A DNA stretch of 64,000 nt from Octopus vulgaris. Lineage: Eukaryota. The position numbers and the translations under genes were made by a program. Each line of letters opens with the position of its first letter. Positions within the stretch are counted from its first letter, which is position 1. Shown one piece after another: positions 39,001 through 50,428 of the stretch. The notes beneath the pieces are model-generated. The model ran no database searches and was not told the DNA's origin. It was given only the letters and a program-made list of their open reading frames with translations. The stretch spans positions 23,746,001 to 23,810,000 of the forward strand of contig OX597834.1 of NCBI GenBank assembly GCA_951406725.2. The letters are read 5' to 3'.

Positions 39001-42000
39001 GTAGGAGAGAACTAGAGAACTAGGACCCGATGACTGTGAAGTGAACTTGATAACCATTTGAGTATACCCCCACACTTATTTATGTGGGTGTGATAATATA
39101 GATGGGCACATTTATATAGAATCTCAGTTCTTGTGAAGTCAACTTAATCATTTGGCCATAGTCTCACACACATACTCTTTCTCTCTCTCTCTCTCATCTG
39201 CTCTTTATGCAGTAGACATGCCCTTTGTCCTATTATTATGATGTACTATTTTCTTTTCCATCTTCTATCACTGCTTGCAGAAGGATGTTCTTCAATTTCC
39301 AGAGAAAAACGAAAGAGTGGAAGTTCTTGATAAAACCAGTATGCAGAAATATTTTAAGGTAATATCTAATCTAATTAGCTTCGTTTTTGTATCTGGTTTG
39401 CAAGATTCTTGTAAGTGAATTTGTGGGAGGAGTCATACTGTCTTAATATCCAATACATGCACCGGTTCAATTTCCACTCATTTAATTTTTTTACCCTGTA
39501 CGTGTAAGTAAAAGCAGGGTATTGATATATTTGTGTCTTCCAAAAATTTTCATTACTTTTGCAACAGATGTTGACTGCCGGTTATTATAGTTGTGTTCCT
39601 TTTGTGCTGGAGATACAAAAATCTGTGGTATGTGCAGACGCTGTGTAGAAACAGTCGTTAGAAGTCATTTGAGAAGGGATATTGGAATTGCATGTTGGTG
39701 AATTGATAGTTGTTAAATGATTATACCAGAAGTCTGCAATCACAATAAAACACCATAACACACACAAAAGGAGACAGAAACACATGACGATATATATATA
39801 CACACACACACATGCATACAAAGATATGGAGACAAATCCACGCATAACAGATGCACATACATAATCATAAACTCATACACATAGACACAGACAAACATGC
39901 AAGGAAGCAGAGCTACACACAAATAGACACACACTCACATACAAACAAACACATGAACATGCAGAATACATAGATACGTGCTCACACAAGTACACTGGTG
40001 TGCATCCACGCACACACATGTAACAGAGTCTCAAATGCAAAAGTAAAATGCATCTCCAATTACAGACTGAGTCAACATCCATTGACAAGGTTGCAAAAGC
40101 AATGTAAATTTTTGGAAGACAAAAAAAAATAATAATAATGGAGTGGAAATTGGACCGGTGAGTGTGTTAGATACTAAGGCAATATGACTTTCCCCAGACA
40201 CAACCCAATCTAATTAAGTTTTTGTAATCACCTACTCAGCAAAAATTAAGCTTTCATTATTATTCCACATTTAGTGTTTCTTTTATAGTTTCTTGGGTTG
40301 GATTGTTTACACATCCCTATGGTTCTATTTTACCATGCGAGCATGGGTTAGACAAATATATTTTCAGTGGTGGTGCCCCAGCAGGGCCGCGGCCTTCGGG
40401 CTGAAACATTTTTAAGGATTTTAAGGCCTTGTCTTACAGCCAGGTGCCCTTCCTGTCACAAACTCTAAGGTCTTATTCCACATGCCTTTAAAGGTGCAAA
40501 GTCAATGGATGACCTGTTGACAGTGGATTTGGCAGTAGCTGAGTGATTTTCAGAGAAGCACAATAGTAAGCAAACGTTTGTGTGCACAAACATACATGTT
40601 TGTGCACTCACACACTTGGCTTGTAGAATCAGTATTACTATCACATGAAATTCACTGTGATTTTTGCTTACATTCTGAACTCAGATATTTTCATTTGTAG
40701 CCTTGTGCCCATGTGTTATAAATCATTTTATTGTTATCATTTGTCATGTTCTTCCCAGCCTCAAAATTCTCTTGAGATTGAGGTGTATAAGCTACTTCAT
40801 GGAGATGAACACATGCCAACTGAAACCCAGCCTCTATCAAAAGTTGAACAACGTGCTTTGAAAGCAATGGATCTCAAGAAGGTAAAAACTATCTTGTTTA
40901 TTAATTATATAATGTTTTGTGTTATTATTAAGTCTTATGTTTTTTTTATTACTATTGATAATGAAATTGGTTAGTGGTTGAATTTTCAGAGCATGGGATG
41001 AAATGACTTATGGTATTTCATGATGTCTGTTTATATTCTGGTTTTTAATCCTGCTGATAACTTTATCTGCCTGGTTTGATAAAATGATCACCTGCCAAAT
41101 TCTAGAGTCATTCTAGTTATTTGTATTTTTGTGGACTTCTGCCTACGAGCTTGTGCCTGCAGATCAAATAATATTACCTCCAGCTTAGCGAAGGCAGAGG
41201 TATTGTTTTCAGTTATGTTTGTTTGTATGTCCATGGTCAAGATATCTCAAGAACTGCTGGATGGATTTGGATGAAACTTTCAAGGATGTTTGGCCTTGTG
41301 ACTGGCACAAACTGATTAGATTTTGGGATTAATCCAGTACTGGACGAGGATTCTGGATTATTTTTCTTGTTTTTTTTTACTTAATTTTTGAGAGCGTCCA
41401 TTTTTATCATTCTCATTTGTGAGAGCAGTTGAGTTTATTTTAGATATTCTCATTTTAAAAATCATCTCTGGCTAATTGTTGAGAGGACGTTGGTGTTGTC
41501 TTGGTGGAGGTTTGCACTCTCTGATTGCTCCTCTTCTTCTTCATCATCGTCGATGATAGATAATATTTTGTGGTATTTGTTTTGGGGCAAGGAGAACTAC
41601 TTGACGAAAGTAAAGAAGCTCCTGAACAAGCTGGAGCATCCTGTTGAGCCAGGGATGCTATCCCTCATCTTTGAACAGGGCCTTGGGCTTAATTCATGCA
41701 GCTTTATGAAGCTGTTGGAGACCGGTCAAATCCAGGTTGGAGAAAGTTTCTCCTGGAAGGCCTTCTGTGTGGCAGCAGGATTTGGTTCCTTGCCATTCCT
41801 CCACAAAAAGTCAGAAGTGGTTGTTGGAGAATTTCTATAACTTCAACCCCTTAATAAATTCCCCCAATTGTAATCCCATGAATATCTGTGGGACATGGTT
41901 GAGAAAGACATGAACTATTCTACATGCAACACCAAGGCTGAGCAGGTGGCTAAGATCAAAGAGGCGTTTGAAGGTCTTCCTAGGGACGCAGTGAGGAATG

Positions 42001-45000
42001 CATGTGATAAATTCTGGGGCTCTGTTGAGACCATGGTGGTCTCAACAGTTGTATAAATTATCCAGCTAGCAAGTCTTTGGTCACAAATTTATTTTCAATT
42101 TTAGGCATTTTATTATACTTGTAAGAACAAAGCATTTTTCTTACCTCTTTTTATTAAGTTGAAGAAATAGGTATAAAACCTTTTTTTTGTGAGGTAAGTT
42201 TGTCTGGAATATACTATCATCTTATTCAGCAAGAAAAGAGAATATTGTCTCTCATCAGCTTACAGAATCTGTAACTGAGTACAGAGCTTCTATTTCTGTG
42301 GCTGGTTGGAAGATTTGCACACATCACACACATTTAGATCCCCTAATTCACTAAGTGAAATAGATGGTAGATTGGCAGAGAAGTTTGAGTGTCAGGTAGA
42401 ATGCCTTGTATTTTTTTTTCCTTTTATGAGTTCAAATCTCACCAAGATTAATTTTGGTTTTTCTCTTTTCTGGGTGGAATTGATTCTTCTCTCTGTCACA
42501 GCATTGGCTATGTTACACTGAGGATACCACACATTGTCCCTTCCTTTTGAAATGGAGAAGGGTTAAGCAAAGGGCTATTCAACTTGTTTACATGAAAAAC
42601 TGGTGTGCAAAGTTCCAATTAGCATGTAATTGATAAGAACTTGTCCTAATATGAGATAATTTTCTCTTTCAGGCCCAAATACGGCGAAGTGAGTTGATGA
42701 AATATAGAGCCTTGTTAAGTTACCAAGAAATTAAGCAGCGGTGGAAAAACAAAATTAAAAGCAAGCGGTATGTTTCCAAATGATAATTATCTGTTGACTG
42801 ACTTAACCCTTTCGTTACCAAACCCATTTTCTATAGCGATGTTTGAACAAAATTTTAATAATTTTATATTTTGTTGAATTTACCTGTATCTACCTGCAAT
42901 TAGTCACTTTGTGACAAAAATTATAGTATAGAATTGGTTGAGAATATTTCATTAAATTATCTTCCAAAAATCAGATTAATATATCGATAAATAAAAAAGT
43001 TATAGTTGTTTAATGAAACCAGACTAAATTTATGATTACGTTAGAAATTAATTGAAACACATAAGGGGTGTAATTTGGTCAGAAATATAGTAACGAAAGG
43101 GTTAAAGTTTTTGTATCAGTTGGTCAGAGGAAGGAAGATAGTGTTTATATTTGCAGATCCTCCTAGATTTATGTGATTGATGTTCAGCTTCAACATCTGT
43201 AGAGAAAATGTGGGCTTGAAACAGAGAGAGTGGTGCTAAACTGTGGGGTATGTTAGATCTATCAAAAGAAAATGTGAAACAACTTAGTCAAAAACCAAAG
43301 AGAGAAACTCTCTGTGGGGTCGTTTGACTTAACTAAAAACAGAAGCTAGATTTCCCTTGAGCCACACTCTGCTATCCTAATAAACAAAGAACACATTAGA
43401 TAATGTGGTCCTAGATGTCTTTGAAAATGGAATGGTCATGGTCAGGATGTTTTGATCATAGTTCTGTTTGGCTAATCCAGAGCTAAACAAAAATAATGAA
43501 TAAAAAACAGGTGTGTTATCAAGAGGTGGTCAACTGGAAAGGAATGAAGGGGAAATTGAATTGAGTGACGTGTTTGTTAGAATAAGACTGAGGTTGAACA
43601 GATGAAGGGGAGCCATCAACTTGTAAAAACTGTTTTCGGCAGGAGAAATATTAACCTCATTGGTGAAGATATATGTGGAGCAAACACTTAGTGGTTTACT
43701 AGCTGACATACCCGGTAATTCCCGGAAAAGCGGGGCTTATCCCTTGGTTTCGTTCTCATAATTGTTTCACTAATCCAATAACAACAATACAAAGTATGTA
43801 GCCCTTAAGACGGTTTTTGTGCATTTACAGAGAATACCAACCTGTCTTACATGGGATTTTGTTTTTAAGAATTCCCAATAAATTATGAATACCCAAATTG
43901 TGAAGTCAGTTATGTAATAACAGGAAATTAGTTACCCAATAGTAAGAATTCAAATAAAGTAGCCCCAAAAAGGGCTTTAATGCATTCCCAGAGTATATAG
44001 AACTTAGGAAATACCAATAAGGTATGTATACTAAAATCGTGAAGCATGTTACGTAACAACTGGCTAATAAGATATGAGATAATAATTCAAAGTAAATAAC
44101 TCTGAAAAGGGCTTTTGTGCATTCCCAGAGAATATTATCCTCAGGGGTGCTAGTGTTGAAATAGATTTACAATGAATGTAGAAACACTGACATTTAGTTT
44201 TACAGTAGACATACAAATAAATTTGTATATAGATTTAAAAATAAAATGTAGATTATCAATACATTTACAACACTTACAAATATTACAGTTAAATAATAAA
44301 TACCTGATGATTTGGTGAATCTTATTAAATTTGCAGAGCTTCTTGATAAATAACATTGTTCTTTCATTGTGGGGCATAAATATACAAATAATTAGGATTG
44401 CTGACTCTTGACCATCCCACATAAAGTTGGCCATGGGAGAAAATTGGTTCTGCAAGGTTCAAACCTACCATGTTCAAGGACTGTCTCTGGACCTTGTTAA
44501 TGCTCATTGCATTCACTCGCAGAATGGTTGGTGTTAGGAATGGCATCAAGCTGTAAAACTACTGCCAAATCAGACTGGAGCCTGGTGCAACCTCCTGGCT
44601 TCCCAGACCACAGTCAAACCATCCAACCCATACTAGCTTAGAAAACAGGCGTTAAACGATGATTATGATGATGAATGTGGGAGGAGTTAGCTAAAGCTAA
44701 CAACTCCGTAAACAAACACACCCAGACAATTTCCTACATATGTAGTAGATAATGGTATCAGTGCTGGACTATGTTATCAATTATGAAGTAGGGATGTAAC
44801 CAGGGTGTAAAAAATGTAACTGTGGGTCCCAGATTTGTAAAGTAGCTACAATTTTACTTACAGCAGCATTAATATGCTGGTGTGTGTTTCAGTGTTATGA
44901 TCAGTATTCTTGCATTTTGTAATATAATCTTTAATTTCTCTTGTAGTTATCGACGTGTGTTGAAAAGAGAGAAGCTTGAGAAGGAAAAATCTCGTGTTAA

Positions 45001-48000
45001 TGAATTGGCAACAGATGATCCGGAAAAATTCCTGAACCAAATGAAGATCGTTGAAAAATCTCACGCTAAGGTAAGTTGGAGAGCCAGCTGTCATTGGTGA
45101 ATCATAGCAACTAAATTTCAACTGTATACAATTGTTAAGCCCTGGTTAATTTTGACTGAACATAACTATGATCAGCTGTAGCTACCTTGTATTCTTTTCC
45201 CAAAACATAGCATATCTATGGCTTGTAATGTATTTTCCAATGCGTTGTTTTTGCTAAGCAGCAGCACCAGTGCTGTTATTTTCTAAGGATTTTTCCTCTT
45301 TATTAATTTTTTTTTTTTTCCCCATATTTTCAGGAACGGATTTCATTAAAACATCGTGGAGGTAGTAAATTCCAGAAAAGACAGATGATGTATGCCAAAT
45401 ATGATCCTAATGTGAGTTACCTGTTTTACTTTTGATCTTAGCTAGTGTGAATTGTGGTCAACTAGATAGCTGGAACCATAATGTGTGTATACATGGACAC
45501 ACCATATGCATGGCTTTGTGGTTAAGAAGTTCACTATCCAACCATGTAGTTTCAGTTTCAGCCTCAGTGCATGATATTTTAGGCAAGTGTCTTCTATTGT
45601 GACTCCAGACCAACCAAAAGAGGGTATTTGGTTGATGGAAACTGAAAGAAATCTGTTATATGTGTGTATGAGAGTGCCATATGACCATACCAGTGCAGTT
45701 GTCTCTCTTGCACACCACATCTGATGCTTCTTAGGTCCAACTTTTCTCTCAAGGTACTTACACTCTGTAGAGTATGCACATTGACATTACACATCCATCG
45801 GAGAATATTGGCTTCATTCCTTGCGAGCTTACGCATGTCCTCAGCAGTCACAGCCCATGTTTCACTGCCATGTAGCATGGCTGTTCATACACAAGCATCA
45901 TACAGTCTACCTTTTACTCTGAGCGAGAGGCCCTTTGTTACCAGCAGAGGTAAGAGTGCTCTGAACTTTGCCCAAGCTATTCTTATTCTAGCAACCACAC
46001 TTTCAGGGCACCCTCCTCCACTACTGACTTGGTCACCTAGGTAACGGAAGCTGTCAACTACTTCTAGTTTTTCTCCCTGGTATGTGGCAGAAGTTGTTCT
46101 TTGCACATTTTCAGAAGTTTCACACCTGAAGAAAAGGTGGCACAAAACCTACTCTCTCTTATGACAGAACAAAACTCTTAAGCAGCAAAGATAAAATTCT
46201 GAAAAGATGGGCTGGACACTTTAAACTTGGGCATCACAGAGGCAATGACTGAGACCTTTGGCATTATGTCGTACTTGAAAAGAAGACTCACCAAGCTGAG
46301 CAAAATTGCAGTTGTGGTAGCTACCAGTCTCAAACAAATGACACCTGTGCCGATGGCATGTAAAAGCACCCATTACACTCTTGGAGTGGTTGGTTTTAGG
46401 AAGGGCATCCAGCCATAGAAACCATGCCAAATAAGACTGCAGCCTTCCAGCTTGCCAGTATGGACAATGGATGTTAAATGATGATGAAGTAAAAGACTAC
46501 AAATACTTCCATAGACCTACACATGCATGTAAATAGATTATTATTTCCTTTCATTTACATCACCACCATTCTTGTGACTTTCAATTCTCAATGCTTGCAC
46601 AGCTGGATAGTTCTTCTGTGGTCAAGTCTTTCCTGATACCACATATCATCAAATTATTGTGGTGATTTGTCATCTCCTGCTGGTGGCACGTAAAAGAACC
46701 ATCTGAACGTGGCCATTGCCAGCGCCGCCTTAACTGGCCTCTGTGCCGGTGGCACATATAACGCACCAACCAATCGTGGCCATTGCCAGCCTTGCCTGGC
46801 ACCTGTGCCAGTGGCATGTAAAAAGCACCCACTACACTCACGGAATGCATTAGGAAGGGCATCCAGCTGTAGAAACACTGCGAGATAAGACTGGGCCTGG
46901 TGCAGCCTCTTGGCTTTCCAGACCCAGGTTGTACCATCCAACCCATGCTAACATAGAAAACGGACGTTAAACGATGATGATGATGCATAAGATGCAACAT
47001 CTTGAGGTTAGTCTTCAGCTTTGTACTTGGAAGGAGGATTTCAGATGAAGATGGTGGACTACATTTCATCCAAATTAATTCTCTTCCTAATCAGTTCAGC
47101 TATAACTCTTTCTGTAACTTTTCATAATCTGATCTAAATTTAATGCCTCTGTAATTACCTCACTCCAATATATCTCCTTTATCTACTCTGTAGTGTTATC
47201 TTTATATTTTTGATTTATAATTATTCATCCATTTCTTATCTCTGTCTTTGTATCTCTCATGCATTTTTCTTCTCTATTGCTCTTTTTTAGACCCAGCAAA
47301 GAATAAGTGATATGGTTAAAAAAAACCGAGAGCTAACAAAGAAACTACCTGTTATTGCAGAAGATAATGATGATGATGATGAAGATTGCAGAGGGAGTGA
47401 TAATGAAAGTGATGATAGCCTGCCAGAAAACACAGAAAGTGTAAGCGCGAGAGGCAGTAATGCATGGATGTGCGCCACTCGCATTACAGTAAAGAAGTTG
47501 AAGTCAACAGCTCAGTCAATACAAAATGACGACAACATGATTGTTGAGGAGCCTATGGATGAAATTCCTAAATCGCTGCGAGATACTGCCCCCATATCTA
47601 AATATGCTGAACCACCTGTTCCAACAAGTGATATCAGTCTTGATCCAAAACAGATCCTTGATATGAGCACTCCAATTGCAACATCTATCCAGACAAATAT
47701 GGTAGAGGAGGAAGATGAGATGGAAGAGGACAAGGCAGGTGAATCTGATGGCAATGATGACAAATTGACGCTAAGTCAGGCATTTGCCAATGATGATGTC
47801 ATTGAGGAGTTTAAGGAGGAAAAAAAAGCAGTAAAGGAAAGAAATAGGCCCAAGGATATTGACCTTACTCTTCCTGGTTGGGGATCCTGGGCTGGAGATG
47901 GATTGCAAGTCAGCGGGAGGAAGAGAAAACAGTAAGTTTGGATTTCTGTTATTAGTTATTTTGAGCTAGTATGTTTATATTAGGTTGTCCCAAAAGTTCG

Positions 48001-50116
48001 TAAACACTTGCGAAAATTGAATTTTTACTCGCCAAGTACTAACAAAAACAACAAAAATTATTCCTCAAAATAAAGACCATTATTTTCCAAGACTTTCTAC
48101 GAACTTTTGGGACAACCTTATACAACACACACACGTGTGTGTGTATCAGGTTGTACCTATATATACTGTTTATACAGCACACACACATAGGCTGTAGGTT
48201 TATAGTTGCTGTTTGTAGAGCATTTACATGTTTGCAACAGTGTTTATTGATATTTATTGGTACATACATGTTTGTAACACTGTATGGCATATATATATAT
48301 ATATAGAGTAATGTTTTTCTCTTTTCTCAGATGTATGAAGAAGACTCCACCACCAGAACCTCAAAAAGATGATCCTCTTGGACATGTGATCATTGACGAA
48401 ACCAGAGACACTGCTATAAGTAAATATCAGGTAAGTGTTACTCTTCTAGATCTTTTATCCAACATTTATTGCCTCATCAACACATGACCATTTTGCATTC
48501 TCTGTTACATTACCAACACAACAATTTAACTAGTGATGTTTTCTGCTGGGTCAACCTTGATCAAGCAGACCAGCTCTGTTCATCTTGACCTTTTATTCAA
48601 ATATTGTATATCTAGAACTACATTGTCCAATGCTTTCTTCCCTTTTTAAAGACAATATTGTATATTAGGGAAGTCTGGCTGTTTTCTCTTGCAGCTTGTT
48701 TGACCTTAACCCTTTCGTTACTGTGTTTATTTTGAGATGCTCTGTGTTTCTTTGAGTTACTTTAAATATAACAAAGAATTTAGTACAATAGCTTAGTTAT
48801 CATTCAGCTAGTGTTAGGAACATAAATTGTGACTAAGGGTTAATGGAAGATTTTAATTCAAAACTTATGAAAACAAGACATTTGTACTCAGAGCCGGTTT
48901 CAGCTGGGTTTGTAAAGAAAGGGTTAAAGCGATCCCCACCATTAATTCAGTAGCTGTTAGTTAAGCCAACACTGCAGATGCATACTTTCCTCTCTTTTTT
49001 TTTTCTACTTCCATAATAATGACATGTTCTTTTGAACACCACCTAAACTTACACCCTTTTGTTACTCTTTACTGAGTTTGACCTTCCCCACCCTGCACTA
49101 AATACTTCATGTAGTCCAGCCTACCTAGAACTGCAGTCCACTGAAATTTTTTATAAATGTTCAGGTTAACCCATTAGCATTTAAACTGGCTATATCTGGC
49201 CAAAAGTATTCTGCCTGTTTTATGTACAAAGTGGCCGGATCTGGTCTCTCACACCAATCCTACAATATCGTTTAAAAAATTAACAGCTTCCTCATCAAAA
49301 TCTCATCGCTACAAGATAATGCATGATTAGTTCAAAACAATGTGGATAAAAAAAAGCATTAATTTTGGCAGAATAATATGAACACTAAAGAGTTAAACAT
49401 CAACCACACCAGTTTCAGAAAAGTTAGAAAGATTTTCATAGGCACTTTCCCTTCTTGTCTGACTTAAGATCTTGCCCACCATTACTGTTGTTCCATTATA
49501 CTTAATACTACATATCCATCATTACCACAACTATAATTTATTGTTACAGCAACACAACTCTGGCATCTATCGCTTTTATAATATGGCAGATGGTTTCTTA
49601 GTTTTGTTGTTTAGCCACTCAGCAAACTATCCTGGCTCTGTTTTTTTTTTTCCAGACAGTGTATCTAGAACTATGTTATACTTCCAATTTTTTAAAGATT
49701 GTATGATTTGAAAAATATGTGGTTGCAATCATATAGAAGCTTCCCTATTAACTTGAAATCTACATGTAGAGTTTCACCTGCCTCAGGTTACAAATCCTCA
49801 TCATCACTGCAACAGTTGTCATAATCAATTTAATGCTATTCATATATTTCAGGTAAAAGAATTACCATTTCCTTATGTAAATGCCAAAGACTTTGCTGTG
49901 AGCATAGCAGCTCCTATTGGTAAAGACTGGAATCCTCAAACCGTGGTAAAAGAACTGATTAAACCTAAAATTGAGACCAAGATGGGTACCATTATCAAAC
50001 CTATTGCTCGTAGTGTTTTGCTGAACCAGACAACGGCAGCATCAAAAAATGTGCCAAAACCACCAACACATAAAAAAAAGCATAAACAAAGACGTAAGCG
50101 TCAGAAGAAGAAATAA
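30054..50116 (+). CDS. UTP14: U3 snoRNA-associated protein 14 (SSU processome), 13 coding exons, 646 aa
   Basis: Phase-consistent GT-AG exons: 30054-30137, 31881-31945, 32812-32879, 35492-35634, 37560-37637, 39281-39358, 40759-40881, 42673-42767, 44947-45070, 45334-45411, 47291-47931, 48331-48430, 49853-50116 (1941 nt). Utp14 motifs VSEFN, LSMWDNVV, KIKSKRYRRV, ERISLKH, AFANDDVIEEF..EK, DLTLPGWGSWAG, LPFPY and PIGKDWN. Confidence 0.95.
30249..30605. mobile_element. MITE with GGATCTTTTC TIRs and a perfect 8-bp TSD (Merlin-type); a 5'-truncated copy lies at ~9165-9415
   Basis: TSD gttaattc at 30241-30248 and 30606-30613. TIRs are ~110 bp. Confidence 0.9.
30878..31098. mobile_element. piggyBac-type MITE (TTAA|CCC...GGG|TTAA)
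   Basis: ttaa ccctttcattacc ... ggtattgaaaggg ttaa. Same family as 48710-48923. Confidence 0.75.
31437..31736. mobile_element. 300-bp CpG-rich foldback MITE with GGTAC termini and a 9-bp TSD
   Basis: TSD ctgataatg at 31428-31436 and 31737-31745. The whole element is an imperfect palindrome centred at ~31583. Confidence 0.9.
33130..33396 (+). mobile_element. CR1/L2-like LINE ORF2 C-terminal fragment (a related 3' end lies on - at ~53320-53590)
   Basis: [52 protein letters not shown]. Confidence 0.8.
34911..35210. repeat. ~300-bp direct repeat, copy 1 (copy 2 at 38074-38375), both in UTP14 introns
   Basis: Near-identical sequence from atggcagtcaacttctgttatttgagccaccc to aacagatttcc. Confidence 0.85.
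41560..42040 (+). mobile_element. Tc1/mariner-superfamily transposase remnant
   Basis: VWQQDLVPCHSSTKSQKWLLENF...PNCNPMN.LWDMVEK resembles QQD.AP.H...SPDLNP.D..W. Confidence 0.6.
42807..43101. mobile_element. piggyBac-type MITE
   Basis: ttaa|ccctttcgttac ... gtaacgaaaggg|ttaa. Confidence 0.8.
43699..44749 (-). mobile_element. Complete non-autonomous Helitron carrying a PIF1 helicase C-terminal fragment
   Basis: On the - strand: A|TCTACTA 5' end at 44749, and a subterminal hairpin ccgggaattaccgg followed by CTAG|T at 43699. Internal AMSINKVQRQSLNMVGLNLAEPIFSHGQLYVGWSRV matches the RepHel motif AMTINKSQGQ...VFSHGQLYVALSRV. Confidence 0.85.
45690..46150 (-). mobile_element. RTE-like LINE remnant (others ~34140-34480, 51130-51265, 52680-52830, 59530-60200)
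   Basis: LEVVDSFRYLGDQVSSGGGCPESVVARIRIAWAKFRALLPLL...KGRLYDACV*TAMLHGSETWAV. Confidence 0.8.
47980..48120. mobile_element. Small Tc1/mariner-type MITE
   Basis: TIR aggttgtcccaaaagttcgta / tacgaacttttgggacaacct, flanked by TA. Confidence 0.7.
48710..48923. mobile_element. piggyBac-type MITE (another TTAA-flanked element at 49170-49392)
   Basis: ttaa|ccctttcgttac ... gtaaagaaaggg|ttaa. Confidence 0.75.
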
Positions 50117-50428
50117 TATTGTGATTATAAATGTGATGTTTGTTTAGCTTTGTTTTGTTTTGTTTATTATAAATTATTTTCATTACTGTTCAATCCTAGG
50201 CCATAGTTCCTCCAAATAAAACCAATCTGAGGCAGTTTGGGCTTTGCAGGTATCATCTTTCTTCTCACTGCTTTTTTTTTTTTTTAGTTGTATTCTAAGT
50301 TATACAATTAAATGCTTTGTTTTAAGATGGTAGGGTTGACTTGAGAAAGATTTAGTTGTGTTCTCTTGACTGCAAATTGATGAGGTTGAAATGTAGATTT
50401 CACTCCTATTACTCAAGCAAATGACCAA

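Noticed and set aside
39730-40030. Cys/Val-rich ORFs
   Set aside because: Translation of a degenerate (CA)n tract inside an inverted-repeat element (~39426-40195).
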